Assembly: GCA_945788485.1 (NCBI GenBank) | Contig: CALZMB010000001.1 | Coordinates: 1 to 46,296, forward strand | Source: an uncultured bacterium | GTDB taxonomy: Bacteria > Bacteroidota > Bacteroidia > Bacteroidales > Bacteroidaceae | Length of the DNA: 46,296 bases | Reading direction: 5' to 3' | Shown: positions 39,614 to 46,296 of the stretch, one piece after another | Layout: the number at the start of each line of letters is the position of its first letter | Numbering within the stretch: position 1 is the stretch's first letter | Translations under genes and position numbers: made by a program | The notes under the pieces: model-generated | Databases searched by the model: none | What the model saw: only the letters and a program-made list of their open reading frames with translations | What the model was told of the DNA's origin: nothing

Positions 39614-41179
39614 TCAATATTTGCGCAAGAGCGCAGAGATTTTGTTGACATATACGGGGTCTTCTGCCTCAGAGGCATATTTGTATGCCTTGTCGAGCAG
39701 ATCTTTCGCATATCTCAGGTTGCGGGCTTCTCCTCCTGTCAGGTTCGGGCCTTCGTAATAGTTGCAAGCAAGTTCGTAGAGGGCAGGGTAATAGTTCGGT
39801 TTCGTTTCTGCTATCTGTGTCAGAATTTTGTGTGCCTTTGCAGGGTCTGGGGACACTGTGCCTTCGAGATTTGCCTGCATGGTGACATATTCGTCTCCGA
39901 GCGTGAACGAGCCTGATGAGATGGCATACAGACGGCTCATGACGAATAGTGCCTCTATGTCTCCGCTTTCCGCCTCTGCCGTCAGGTTTTCAAAGCCTTT
40001 CTTCGCCTCGCTCGGATTGAGCATCTGGCGACGGATTGCGGGCATCTCGTTTATTGACGGGGTAGCTTCTGTTTCTTTTTGGACGATTGTCTGTTCTTCA
40101 TGGGTTTTATCTTTGCTTGATGATATGAGTTTCGTAATGAAGACAGCCATGCAGACCAACAGTGTGATAGAGACGACAACGGTGCCTGCCACAGCGGCGA
40201 ATTTCGCTAATGTCATGCCAAAGATATATGTAGTGTTGTCAGTGCCTGCAAGGCTGTCGAGTTCAGCCCTGAAGAGTGCGGCGCTCTGGTATCGTTTGGT
40301 GCAGTCTTTCTCTGTCGCTTTGGCGATTATTCTCCTGAGTCTCGGGTTTCTGATTTGCTTCAAAGGCATGTCAGAGCGCAGATGTGCGTTGAGCACGACA
40401 TTGGCTGGTCCCTCAAACGGCAGGTGTCCTGTTGTCAGCTGGAATAGCAGGACACCGATGGCATAGATGTCGGTAGGCTTGTTCTGGTTTTTGATATCTC
40501 CGATGATAAGCTCCGGCGCGGCATACTGCGGCTTGCCCATGAACTGTCCGGCTGTCGTGAGGTTGCGGTCGTGGGTCTTAAGACCGTCAACTTGTTTCGC
40601 TATGCCGAAATCTATGAGCTTTATCTTCCCGTCTCTTGTGATCATGATGTTCGAGGGGTCGATGTCACGGTGTATGTACCCGGCATCATGCAATGCCATG
40701 ATACCTGACAGGATTTTCTTCGTCACGGTGACAGCGAACTGCTCCGGATCATTGTTATACATATTGTATAACATCTGTGCGAATGGCACGATGTTGCCGT
40801 CCCTGTCTGTCAGTATGCCCTGCAGCAGGTCTGAGAGTGAGACACCCATCAGCAGTTCGCTGACTACATGATGTCTGACTGACACCATGCCGTCTGCCAT
40901 ACGTGTTTCGACAGAGAGAAATCCCATCATCTCCACAAGGTTGTCGTGCATGATGCGTATGTTCGCCTCGTTCTCCGCTCTTTGTATCACGTTTTGCGGC
41001 AGTCCGGAATACAAGAACTTTATTGCTACCTCGCGTGTCTCATGCGTATGGACATTGATGCGCTTTCCGCGATACACCTTGCCCATACCGCCTTCTCCAA
41101 GCAGTTTGGATGATGTGTCGAATTCGTAGTATATGCCAACCTGTTTCTCTTTTTCTCCTTGTAGTTTTATCTTTGCCAT
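39614..41179 (-). CDS. Membrane Ser/Thr kinase (HRDIDPSN variant) with Sel1-like extracytoplasmic repeats
   Basis: LGEGGMGKV, VAIK, HRDIDPSN, DFG, YAAPE; TM; AESGDIEALFVMSRLY and ALYELACNYYEG...RNLRYAKDLLDKA. Start ATG 41179 (MAKIKLQG). Confidence 0.95.
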   Translation of the reverse strand: MAKIKLQGEKEKQVGIYYEFDTSSKLLGEGGMGKVYRGKRINVHTHETREVAIKFLYSGLPQNVIQRAENEANIRIMHDNLVEMMGFLSVETRMADGMVSVRHHVVSELLMGVSLSDLLQGILTDRDGNIVPFAQMLYNMYNNDPEQFAVTVTKKILSGIMALHDAGYIHRDIDPSNIMITRDGKIKLIDFGIAKQVDGLKTHDRNLTTAGQFMGKPQYAAPELIIGDIKNQNKPTDIYAIGVLLFQLTTGHLPFEGPANVVLNAHLRSDMPLKQIRNPRLRRIIAKATEKDCTKRYQSAALFRAELDSLAGTDNTTYIFGMTLAKFAAVAGTVVVSITLLVCMAVFITKLISSSKDKTHEEQTIVQKETEATPSINEMPAIRRQMLNPSEAKKGFENLTAEAESGDIEALFVMSRLYAISSGSFTLGDEYVTMQANLEGTVSPDPAKAHKILTQIAETKPNYYPALYELACNYYEGPNLTGGEARNLRYAKDLLDKAYKYASEAEDPVYVNKISALLRKY

Positions 41180-41222
41180 TATTTTAATGATGTGTGTTAT
41201 TCTTTTCTGTCTTTCTGTTAGT

Positions 41223-41942
41223 CTAATACAACACCGTACGTGAAGCACCGTCTTGAGTTGCTGTCGGCGAATAGAAATCGTTGGACATGACAGGCGTATC
41301 TGCCGGCGCATATCCGTCCTTTATCCCCGTAGCTGCCTGCATGTCTTCAAATTCTTCGTCTTCCGCCAGTCCTGCAGATTCAGCGTTGAACATCTTGACG
41401 ATGAACCTGTAGTGTTTTCCGATTTGTATTATGTCGTTCTCTTTCACGCCAAGCTCTTCGTAACGGCCGTCTTCGCCGTTCACCGTCGTGCCGTAATCCG
41501 AAGCATAGTCTGTAATGGTTATGATATATCCCGCCGACGTATCATACTCTTTCTGTATGTTCAACACGGCATGTTCTGCAGATACTGTGAATTCTTTCAG
41601 ACACACATCGCATCTGTCAGTATGGCCTATGATGTTGCGTCCGAGGTACAGCGGGAAAATTTCTCCCAAAAGTCCTCGCGATATTGAAAACAACACTCCG
41701 ACCACCACACGGTTCTGCATGGCGACGATACGTTGTCCTTCGCTTTGCGCCATTTGAGGCATGACCGCACCTTGCTGTTGCGCAGCAACGGGAGTTGTCT
41801 CGGCAATGCCGCTTCCAGGCACAAAAGTACGTTTCGTGTCGAACGATTCGCGAGCATAGAGGTTGCTGTATATTTCAGAAATATTGTCGTCGGCGACGTT
41901 TCCGTAATCGACGCCCGGTACGACAGTCTTGTTTTGTGACAT
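41223..41942 (-). CDS. FHA-domain protein (degenerate pThr pocket) with disordered flanks
   Basis: VVGVLFSISRGLLGEIFPLYLGRNIIGH...VSAEHA...SDYGTTVNG...IQIG; paralog of the FHA at 28488. Confidence 0.88.
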   Translation of the reverse strand: MSQNKTVVPGVDYGNVADDNISEIYSNLYARESFDTKRTFVPGSGIAETTPVAAQQQGAVMPQMAQSEGQRIVAMQNRVVVGVLFSISRGLLGEIFPLYLGRNIIGHTDRCDVCLKEFTVSAEHAVLNIQKEYDTSAGYIITITDYASDYGTTVNGEDGRYEELGVKENDIIQIGKHYRFIVKMFNAESAGLAEDEEFEDMQAATGIKDGYAPADTPVMSNDFYSPTATQDGASRTVLY

Positions 41943-42042
41943 GGCTAAATTATAAATTGTCGATTAATTACTAAGCAGGCAGTGCAAGGATTATAGAATA
42001 ATTATGCACACCTGCTTATGTCATGACATCCGTCGCGTTGTT

Positions 42043-42663
42043 TCATGCCATTCTGAAGACAAGCATGGTATTCCCCATTTGCACTTTGTCGCCTGTCTTC
42101 AGGTTGCATGCCTTGCCTGGAGCTATTGGCACACCGTTTACGACGACCGGATTGTTTGCCTTGACTGATGTTATTTGATACACTACCTGACCGTTTATCT
42201 GCACTGTGCGCATCCCTGCATGCAGACGGCTCATTGCGATGTCTGGTGTCAGCTGTATCTGCGCCTTGCTGTCAGAACTTCTTCTGCCGAGGTCGAACGA
42301 TTTTCCGTGCGGAAGTCTCAACACTCCGTAGTTCTGCCCGTTGAATGTGACGGTAAACTCTCCGTTTGTCTTCATCTGCAAAGAAGATACGAGCTTTGTC
42401 TTGCCATAGTTTTCATCCATACCGGAATTGTTGTTGTTCTGAAGGTTTTCCACTATTTGCGTCTCGTTGTTTGCTACAACACCTGCACTTGTGATGTCGG
42501 CATGTGTCGGAGCCTGCGGCTGCACAGGCTGGTTCTTTTTTTCCTGTTCGCTCAACAATACATTGAACGGTATGGAGAATGAACATTTCGGACAACGGAA
42601 AATCTCGGGCGGACGGCGTTGGAGATTGAATCTCCTGCCGCATTCTGGACACTGTATTATCAT
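42043..42663 (-). CDS. Zinc-ribbon (MJ0042-like) - linker - FHA protein
   Basis: MIIQCPECGRRF...FRCPKC; LGRRSS...MSRLHA...VVVNG...LKTGDKVQMG. Confidence 0.9.
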   Translation of the reverse strand: MIIQCPECGRRFNLQRRPPEIFRCPKCSFSIPFNVLLSEQEKKNQPVQPQAPTHADITSAGVVANNETQIVENLQNNNNSGMDENYGKTKLVSSLQMKTNGEFTVTFNGQNYGVLRLPHGKSFDLGRRSSDSKAQIQLTPDIAMSRLHAGMRTVQINGQVVYQITSVKANNPVVVNGVPIAPGKACNLKTGDKVQMGNTMLVFRMA

Positions 42664-42687
42664 AGATATTATGTTTTGGTTTGTTTC

Positions 42688-43449
42688 TTATTTCACATAT
42701 ACAACTACCATGCTGTCGTCAAACTTTCCCCACATCTGCGGATGTTGTTTGCCGCCAGTGTCTTTTATGACATGCGGGTTGACATAATTGAACAGCTCGC
42801 GGGCTGTAACTTTCTTGTCACCATTTTTGTCAGCATAACCTCTGAAACCCTCAAGGATTCTGCTTATAAAATACGAGTTGCGCATGTTTGGATGCTCCCA
42901 TGACACTTCAGTTGAACGGCTTGACGTGTAGAGCATCACACTCGTCTTGTTTGTCTTGCGGCGCTGCGTGTTGCCGTTATTTTGTTTTTTCTTCTGCAGA
43001 TTCAGTCCTCCGGAATAACATGCCATGGCAAGAATAATCTTGCGGCGCGCCTTGGCGCTCTTCATTATCTCCTGTATTTCATTGTATGTGATGATGCTGT
43101 TTTCGTCTTTCGTCTCATAACATGTCAGGCCGCCCTGCAGACCATGCCCACTAAACACAAAGATAATCTCGTCGTTGACTGTCGATTTGGCGAATTCCTT
43201 GCGCATCACTTTCAGAATATGGCTCTTCGTCGCATTCTCGTTCAGAAGCATGAAAACCCTGCTTCCGTTATAGTCGTGGAAGAAATGTGAAACGGCACGC
43301 GCATCGGCAACGGAACATGGCAGTGGAGGTGCTACCTCTGGATATTTGTATTCACCCAACCCTATCGATACCACATATGTCTTCTGAGCATAAGACACGC
43401 CGCAACATAATACGAATGTAAATAAAATAGAAAATAAATACCTTTTCAT
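42688..43449 (-). CDS. Exported caspase-family (peptidase C14) protease
   Basis: Signal peptide ending VSYA|Q; LLNENATK, FVFSGHG (His), IILAMACYSG (Cys), ADKNGDKKVTARELFNYV, QHPQMWG. Confidence 0.92.
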   Translation of the reverse strand: MKRYLFSILFTFVLCCGVSYAQKTYVVSIGLGEYKYPEVAPPLPCSVADARAVSHFFHDYNGSRVFMLLNENATKSHILKVMRKEFAKSTVNDEIIFVFSGHGLQGGLTCYETKDENSIITYNEIQEIMKSAKARRKIILAMACYSGGLNLQKKKQNNGNTQRRKTNKTSVMLYTSSRSTEVSWEHPNMRNSYFISRILEGFRGYADKNGDKKVTARELFNYVNPHVIKDTGGKQHPQMWGKFDDSMVVVYVK

Positions 43450-43489
43450 ATTTCAACTCTGTTTTTATTTGTCCTGTATTTATAGAACT

Positions 43490-44173
43490 TTATTTTCCTG
43501 TAAACTTACACTTGCAGCTGCTGTTCGGGCATTTTCCTTCAGCAAGGATGTTCTCGTAGAGTTTAATGCCGAAATGATATCCGCATTTCGGACAACAGTA
43601 TTTACGCTTGAAATAACGTTCGTTCTGGTCCTTGCGCTTTATCAGCGACTTGCTTTTAATGTCAACAATCACCCATGCTATCGCCACGGCTAATACTGTT
43701 CCTGACGCCTTAATGATGGTGCCGACATTCTCGTCTCCGATAAAGTCATTCGGGATGAGCATTGACATTATGAGACCGAGGAAACCGCCGAGCGACATTG
43801 ATGCCATACGTATCATCATGATGTTCGACTGTTTCATGTCCAGATCCATCTTGTTCCGGTTATAAGCCTCGTAAATCATTTTCAGCCCGCTTATATCAAC
43901 TGCCTCAGGTTCCTTTATGACAATCAGCTCTTTTATAAAAAAGGTGAATTTTGCACCAAGACGCACTTTAGTGTTCAGCGTGACAGGAACTTCTTTCGTC
44001 AAACGTAAAAACTTGTTGTTTTGAAGAATGTATGTCCCGTTGGTCGAATTGTTGTCACGAAGAAACATCTTTCCTGATTTTTCATCCATAGTGAAAACAG
44101 CGTGTTGGCGGCTGATACTTGTTTCGGTCAACGGGAAAGGCTGACTGCCTGTCTTTCCTATAATAATTTCCAT
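43490..44173 (-). CDS. FHA - 2 TM - zinc-ribbon membrane protein
   Basis: IIIGK...ISRQHA...STNGTYI...VRLG; two TM helices; YCCPKC...KCPNSSC. Confidence 0.92.
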   Translation of the reverse strand: MEIIIGKTGSQPFPLTETSISRQHAVFTMDEKSGKMFLRDNNSTNGTYILQNNKFLRLTKEVPVTLNTKVRLGAKFTFFIKELIVIKEPEAVDISGLKMIYEAYNRNKMDLDMKQSNIMMIRMASMSLGGFLGLIMSMLIPNDFIGDENVGTIIKASGTVLAVAIAWVIVDIKSKSLIKRKDQNERYFKRKYCCPKCGYHFGIKLYENILAEGKCPNSSCKCKFTGK

Positions 44174-44211
44174 ATATTTAGCGTTTTGTCATTTTATTTA
44201 TATATTTTTTC

Positions 44212-44760
44212 TCATATTATCTCTATAAGATAATCGCTCGGCACGAAATCTATTGACACGGCAGCGATGTCTTCGAGTTGAACGACGACATGTTTGTTTC
44301 CGTTTATGCGTTTTATCACTCCCTCAACTCCAGAAAAAGGACCCTCACATATTCTAACTCTCCTTCCTACACTGCTTATGTATTCATTCATCTGAAGATA
44401 TGTCATGCCACAATCTACATATTCCGCAACACGCATGAAATTTTGCATCGGACGCTCGCCTACAGTCATTATTACATCTGCGGCATCACCGGCTCCATGT
44501 CTCATCATATATCTCATAGGAGCGAAATTCTTGTCATACATCTTATGCTCAGTTATGGTTCTCTGACTTGACTTTATGAATATGATATTATGGATAGCAG
44601 GAACAAGCATCTTTCGACGATTCCATCCCTTGCCAACATAACAGTATCTCATAGGGAGATAGTTTTCAATTCCTATCTCATCCAAATACATCTTCATCTT
44701 CAACTCTCGGTTGTAGGTCACACGCATCGGAAACCAATGTATTTCATCAGGATTTGTCAT
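44212..44760 (-). CDS. upxY: UpxY-family (NusG paralog) transcription antiterminator
   Basis: HWFPMRVTYNRE...IENYLPM...LVPAIHNIIFI (NGN domain); GRRVRICEGPFSGVEGVIKRINGNKHVVV (KOW). Likely start ATG 44760. Confidence 0.93.
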   Translation of the reverse strand: MTNPDEIHWFPMRVTYNRELKMKMYLDEIGIENYLPMRYCYVGKGWNRRKMLVPAIHNIIFIKSSQRTITEHKMYDKNFAPMRYMMRHGAGDAADVIMTVGERPMQNFMRVAEYVDCGMTYLQMNEYISSVGRRVRICEGPFSGVEGVIKRINGNKHVVVQLEDIAAVSIDFVPSDYLIEII

Positions 44761-44910
44761 CTCTTCAACAAAACATACGAGAGGGGGACACCACACCTAA
44801 TATTTGGCATGGAGAAAAATAAAATAAGTAGATTTACTTGTCATTAGTTTGATAAAGGCCTGATGTCCAGAAACCTGTGTTTTATAAACAAACCGACAAT
44901 GAGAAAACAT

Positions 44911-45210
44911 AAAAAAAGCGTGGAAACCTTTGTTGCCTGTTCCACAGTCTGAGGTTCTTGCACTACCTATCTAAGTCGAACAGACAACGTCAGAGCCCAC
45001 GCCGATATGATTATCCGCCGTAATGAGACCTACATAAACATCTGCATTGCACCTGTGAGGATGCAATCCGTGCTTACAAGGTCTCAACGGGCAGGTTAAA
45101 ACACACCCGGAGCATCTACCGTTGCTACGTCGAGACTTAGATACTGAGAATTTGCAAGATTTCAGACTGTCTCAAACACAGCGTCGAGTAAACGCCTTTA
45201 TTATGTCTTG
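44911..45210 (-). promoter_or_regulatory. Structured 5' leader / attenuator-like RNA element upstream of upxY
   Basis: Stem gcgtgg (44918-23) / ccacgc (44997-45002) followed by U7 on the coding strand; long-range complementarity of 44944-44977 with 45134-45170; internal hairpin 45024-31 / 45079-86. Confidence 0.7.
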
Positions 45211-45361
45211 ACTTTATCCCACCCATATTCCGCATTGAGCGACAATTGCATGTGTGATGCATGGTGTACACTCTCTGCACGGCGTGAGCTTCTTGCTGCA
45301 ATCGCAACTTTACAATAAACGTTGACGAAAGACTGTCAAGCAAGACTTCTAAAGTCCGATG

Positions 45362-45369
45362 CAAAAATA
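45362..45369 (-). promoter_or_regulatory. Candidate Bacteroidetes -7 promoter element for the long operon
   Basis: Minus strand TATTTTTG(CA) matches TAnnTTTG, within an AT-rich region; no clean -33 TTTG seen. Confidence 0.5.
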
Positions 45370-45569
45370 CAAATATTTTTTTTAATTTTGATGTTTTTTT
45401 TGAAAAAAAAATAATACAATTTTTTTTTTTTTATTCTGACAAACTGTGTTTTTCTTATAAGTTGTTGAAATTTAGAGGGATAATTTTTAGATGTGTAAAT
45501 AATTAAAAAATGTTATGAGGTTGTTGTTATGACAATTTATTCGTAATGCGGAGAGGGGAAGGAGGAGAA

Positions 45570-45590
45570 CCCTGCGGCAGAACCGCAGGG
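45570..45590 (-). terminator. Hairpin downstream of the FGE-sulfatase gene
   Basis: ccctgcgg-cagaa-ccgcaggg, followed by a pyrimidine-rich run on the minus strand. Confidence 0.5.
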
Positions 45591-45602
45591 AACAGTGGCT
45601 AT

Positions 45603-45727
45603 GTTGGGATGGAAAGGTGGGAGGAGAGGGAAGAAGGAGGGAGGAGGTAGAAGGAGGAGAAAGGAGGGACGAGAGGGAGGAAGGAGGGACGAGAAAGGAA
45701 GGGGGAGGAGGGAGGTGGAAGGGCGGG
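45603..45727. repeat. Polypurine/polypyrimidine low-complexity tract
   Basis: About 120 nt almost entirely G/A on the plus strand (ggaggagagggaagaaggagggaggagg...). Confidence 0.8.
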
Positions 45728-45729
45728 TG

Positions 45730-46296
45730 TCAGTTGGTGAGGGCGAGGCGGAGGCCGAGGTTGCTGCCGTGTGCTTCGGGCATGGTGTAGTTGCGTGCGG
45801 CGGTGCGGCAGTATTCGGGAGTGAGGAAGAAGCTGCCGCCGCGGGTGACGCGGCCGGTGAAGGCGGGGTCGGTGATGGCTGGTCCGGCTGGATTGGTCTG
45901 GGGTTCGGGGTTGTACATGTCAAATGCGTCGGGGGTCCATTCCATGACGTTGCCTGTCATGTCGTAGATGCCGAGCTCGTTGGGGGTCTTGGTCTTGACG
46001 GGGTGTGTCTTTTTCTGGCTGTTGGCTTTGTGCCATGCCACTTCGGCTATGTTCTGGCTTCCGCTGTATTGTGTGTTGCGGCTTTTGCTGCCTCCGCGTG
46101 CGGCGTATTCCCATTCTGCTTCGGTGGGTAGGCGGAAAGTGCGTCCGGTGAGCTGGTTGAGTCTTTGTATGAAGTCGGTGCAGTTCTGTAGCGAGATGTT
46201 CTCTACGGGTAGCTGGGGGCCTTTGAATGTGGAGGGGTTGGCGCGCATGACGGCTTGCCACAGGGCTTGTGTGACTTCTGTCTCGCCGATGTAGTA
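45730..46296 (-). CDS. Formylglycine-generating-enzyme (FGE-sulfatase/SUMF1) domain protein; 5' end off the window
   Basis: YYIGETEVTQALWQAVM...LPVENIS...FRLPTEAEWEYAARGG...PNELGIYDMTGNVMEW...RVTRGGSF...LGLRLA. Confidence 0.93.
   Translation of the reverse strand, partial: YYIGETEVTQALWQAVMRANPSTFKGPQLPVENISLQNCTDFIQRLNQLTGRTFRLPTEAEWEYAARGGSKSRNTQYSGSQNIAEVAWHKANSQKKTHPVKTKTPNELGIYDMTGNVMEWTPDAFDMYNPEPQTNPAGPAITDPAFTGRVTRGGSFFLTPEYCRTAARNYTMPEAHGSNLGLRLALTN

Noticed and set aside
14726-44173. T6SS regulatory module (PpkA/PppA/Fha) or TerY-P triad
   Set aside because: No Hcp, VgrG, sheath, baseplate or ClpV genes, and no vWA/TerY protein, in the window.
44212-44760. Capsular polysaccharide locus implied by upxY
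   Set aside because: No upxZ, glycosyltransferase, flippase or nucleotide-sugar genes downstream.
18665-44796. ORF-track N-terminal extensions (20185, 28510, 29240, 32207, 36500, 39617, 41311, 44796)
   Set aside because: They overlap upstream genes or repeats; downstream ATGs match paralog starts, signal peptides or stop-start coupling.
45137-45364. 75-aa ORF in the upxY leader as a leader peptide
   Set aside because: The start codon overlaps the presumed -7 promoter element and the sequence has no coding hallmarks; the region is better explained as structured RNA.
45537-46131. ORFs 45537-45923 (-) and 45595-46131 (+)
   Set aside because: Low-complexity translations of the polypurine tract and off-frame reads of the FGE gene.

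Overview
Bacteroidales (Prevotella-like) genomic window with three parts. (1) 1-9.8 kb, GC-rich: a SusC/SusD (RagA/RagB) pair, a T9SS-secreted repeat protein, and two divergent genes (TlpA thioredoxin, M16 peptidase) that are both 5'-truncated at one junction (~7365). (2) ~9.9-14.7 kb, decayed junction zone: long hairpin, 22/23-bp tandem repeats, an AAA_14/DUF4143 ATPase, a WG-repeat gene cut off by an IS110 fragment, and a frameshifted IS4-like remnant. (3) 14.7-44.8 kb: about 28 co-oriented minus-strand genes headed by a UpxY/NusG-paralog antiterminator behind a ~600-nt leader with an attenuator-like fold. There are no polysaccharide genes. The cluster instead encodes a eukaryote-like phosphosignalling network: 4 Hanks-type Ser/Thr kinases (two with an atypical HRDIDPSN loop, one with ~20 YD-like repeats), 3 PP2C phosphatases, 6 FHA domains, an exported caspase-family protease, an M6 metalloprotease, an ECF sigma with an acidic anti-sigma-like partner, and many envelope proteins. 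This cluster is the best candidate for an undescribed system. The window ends inside an FGE-sulfatase-domain gene. All calls come from motif recognition by eye; no searches or folding were run.
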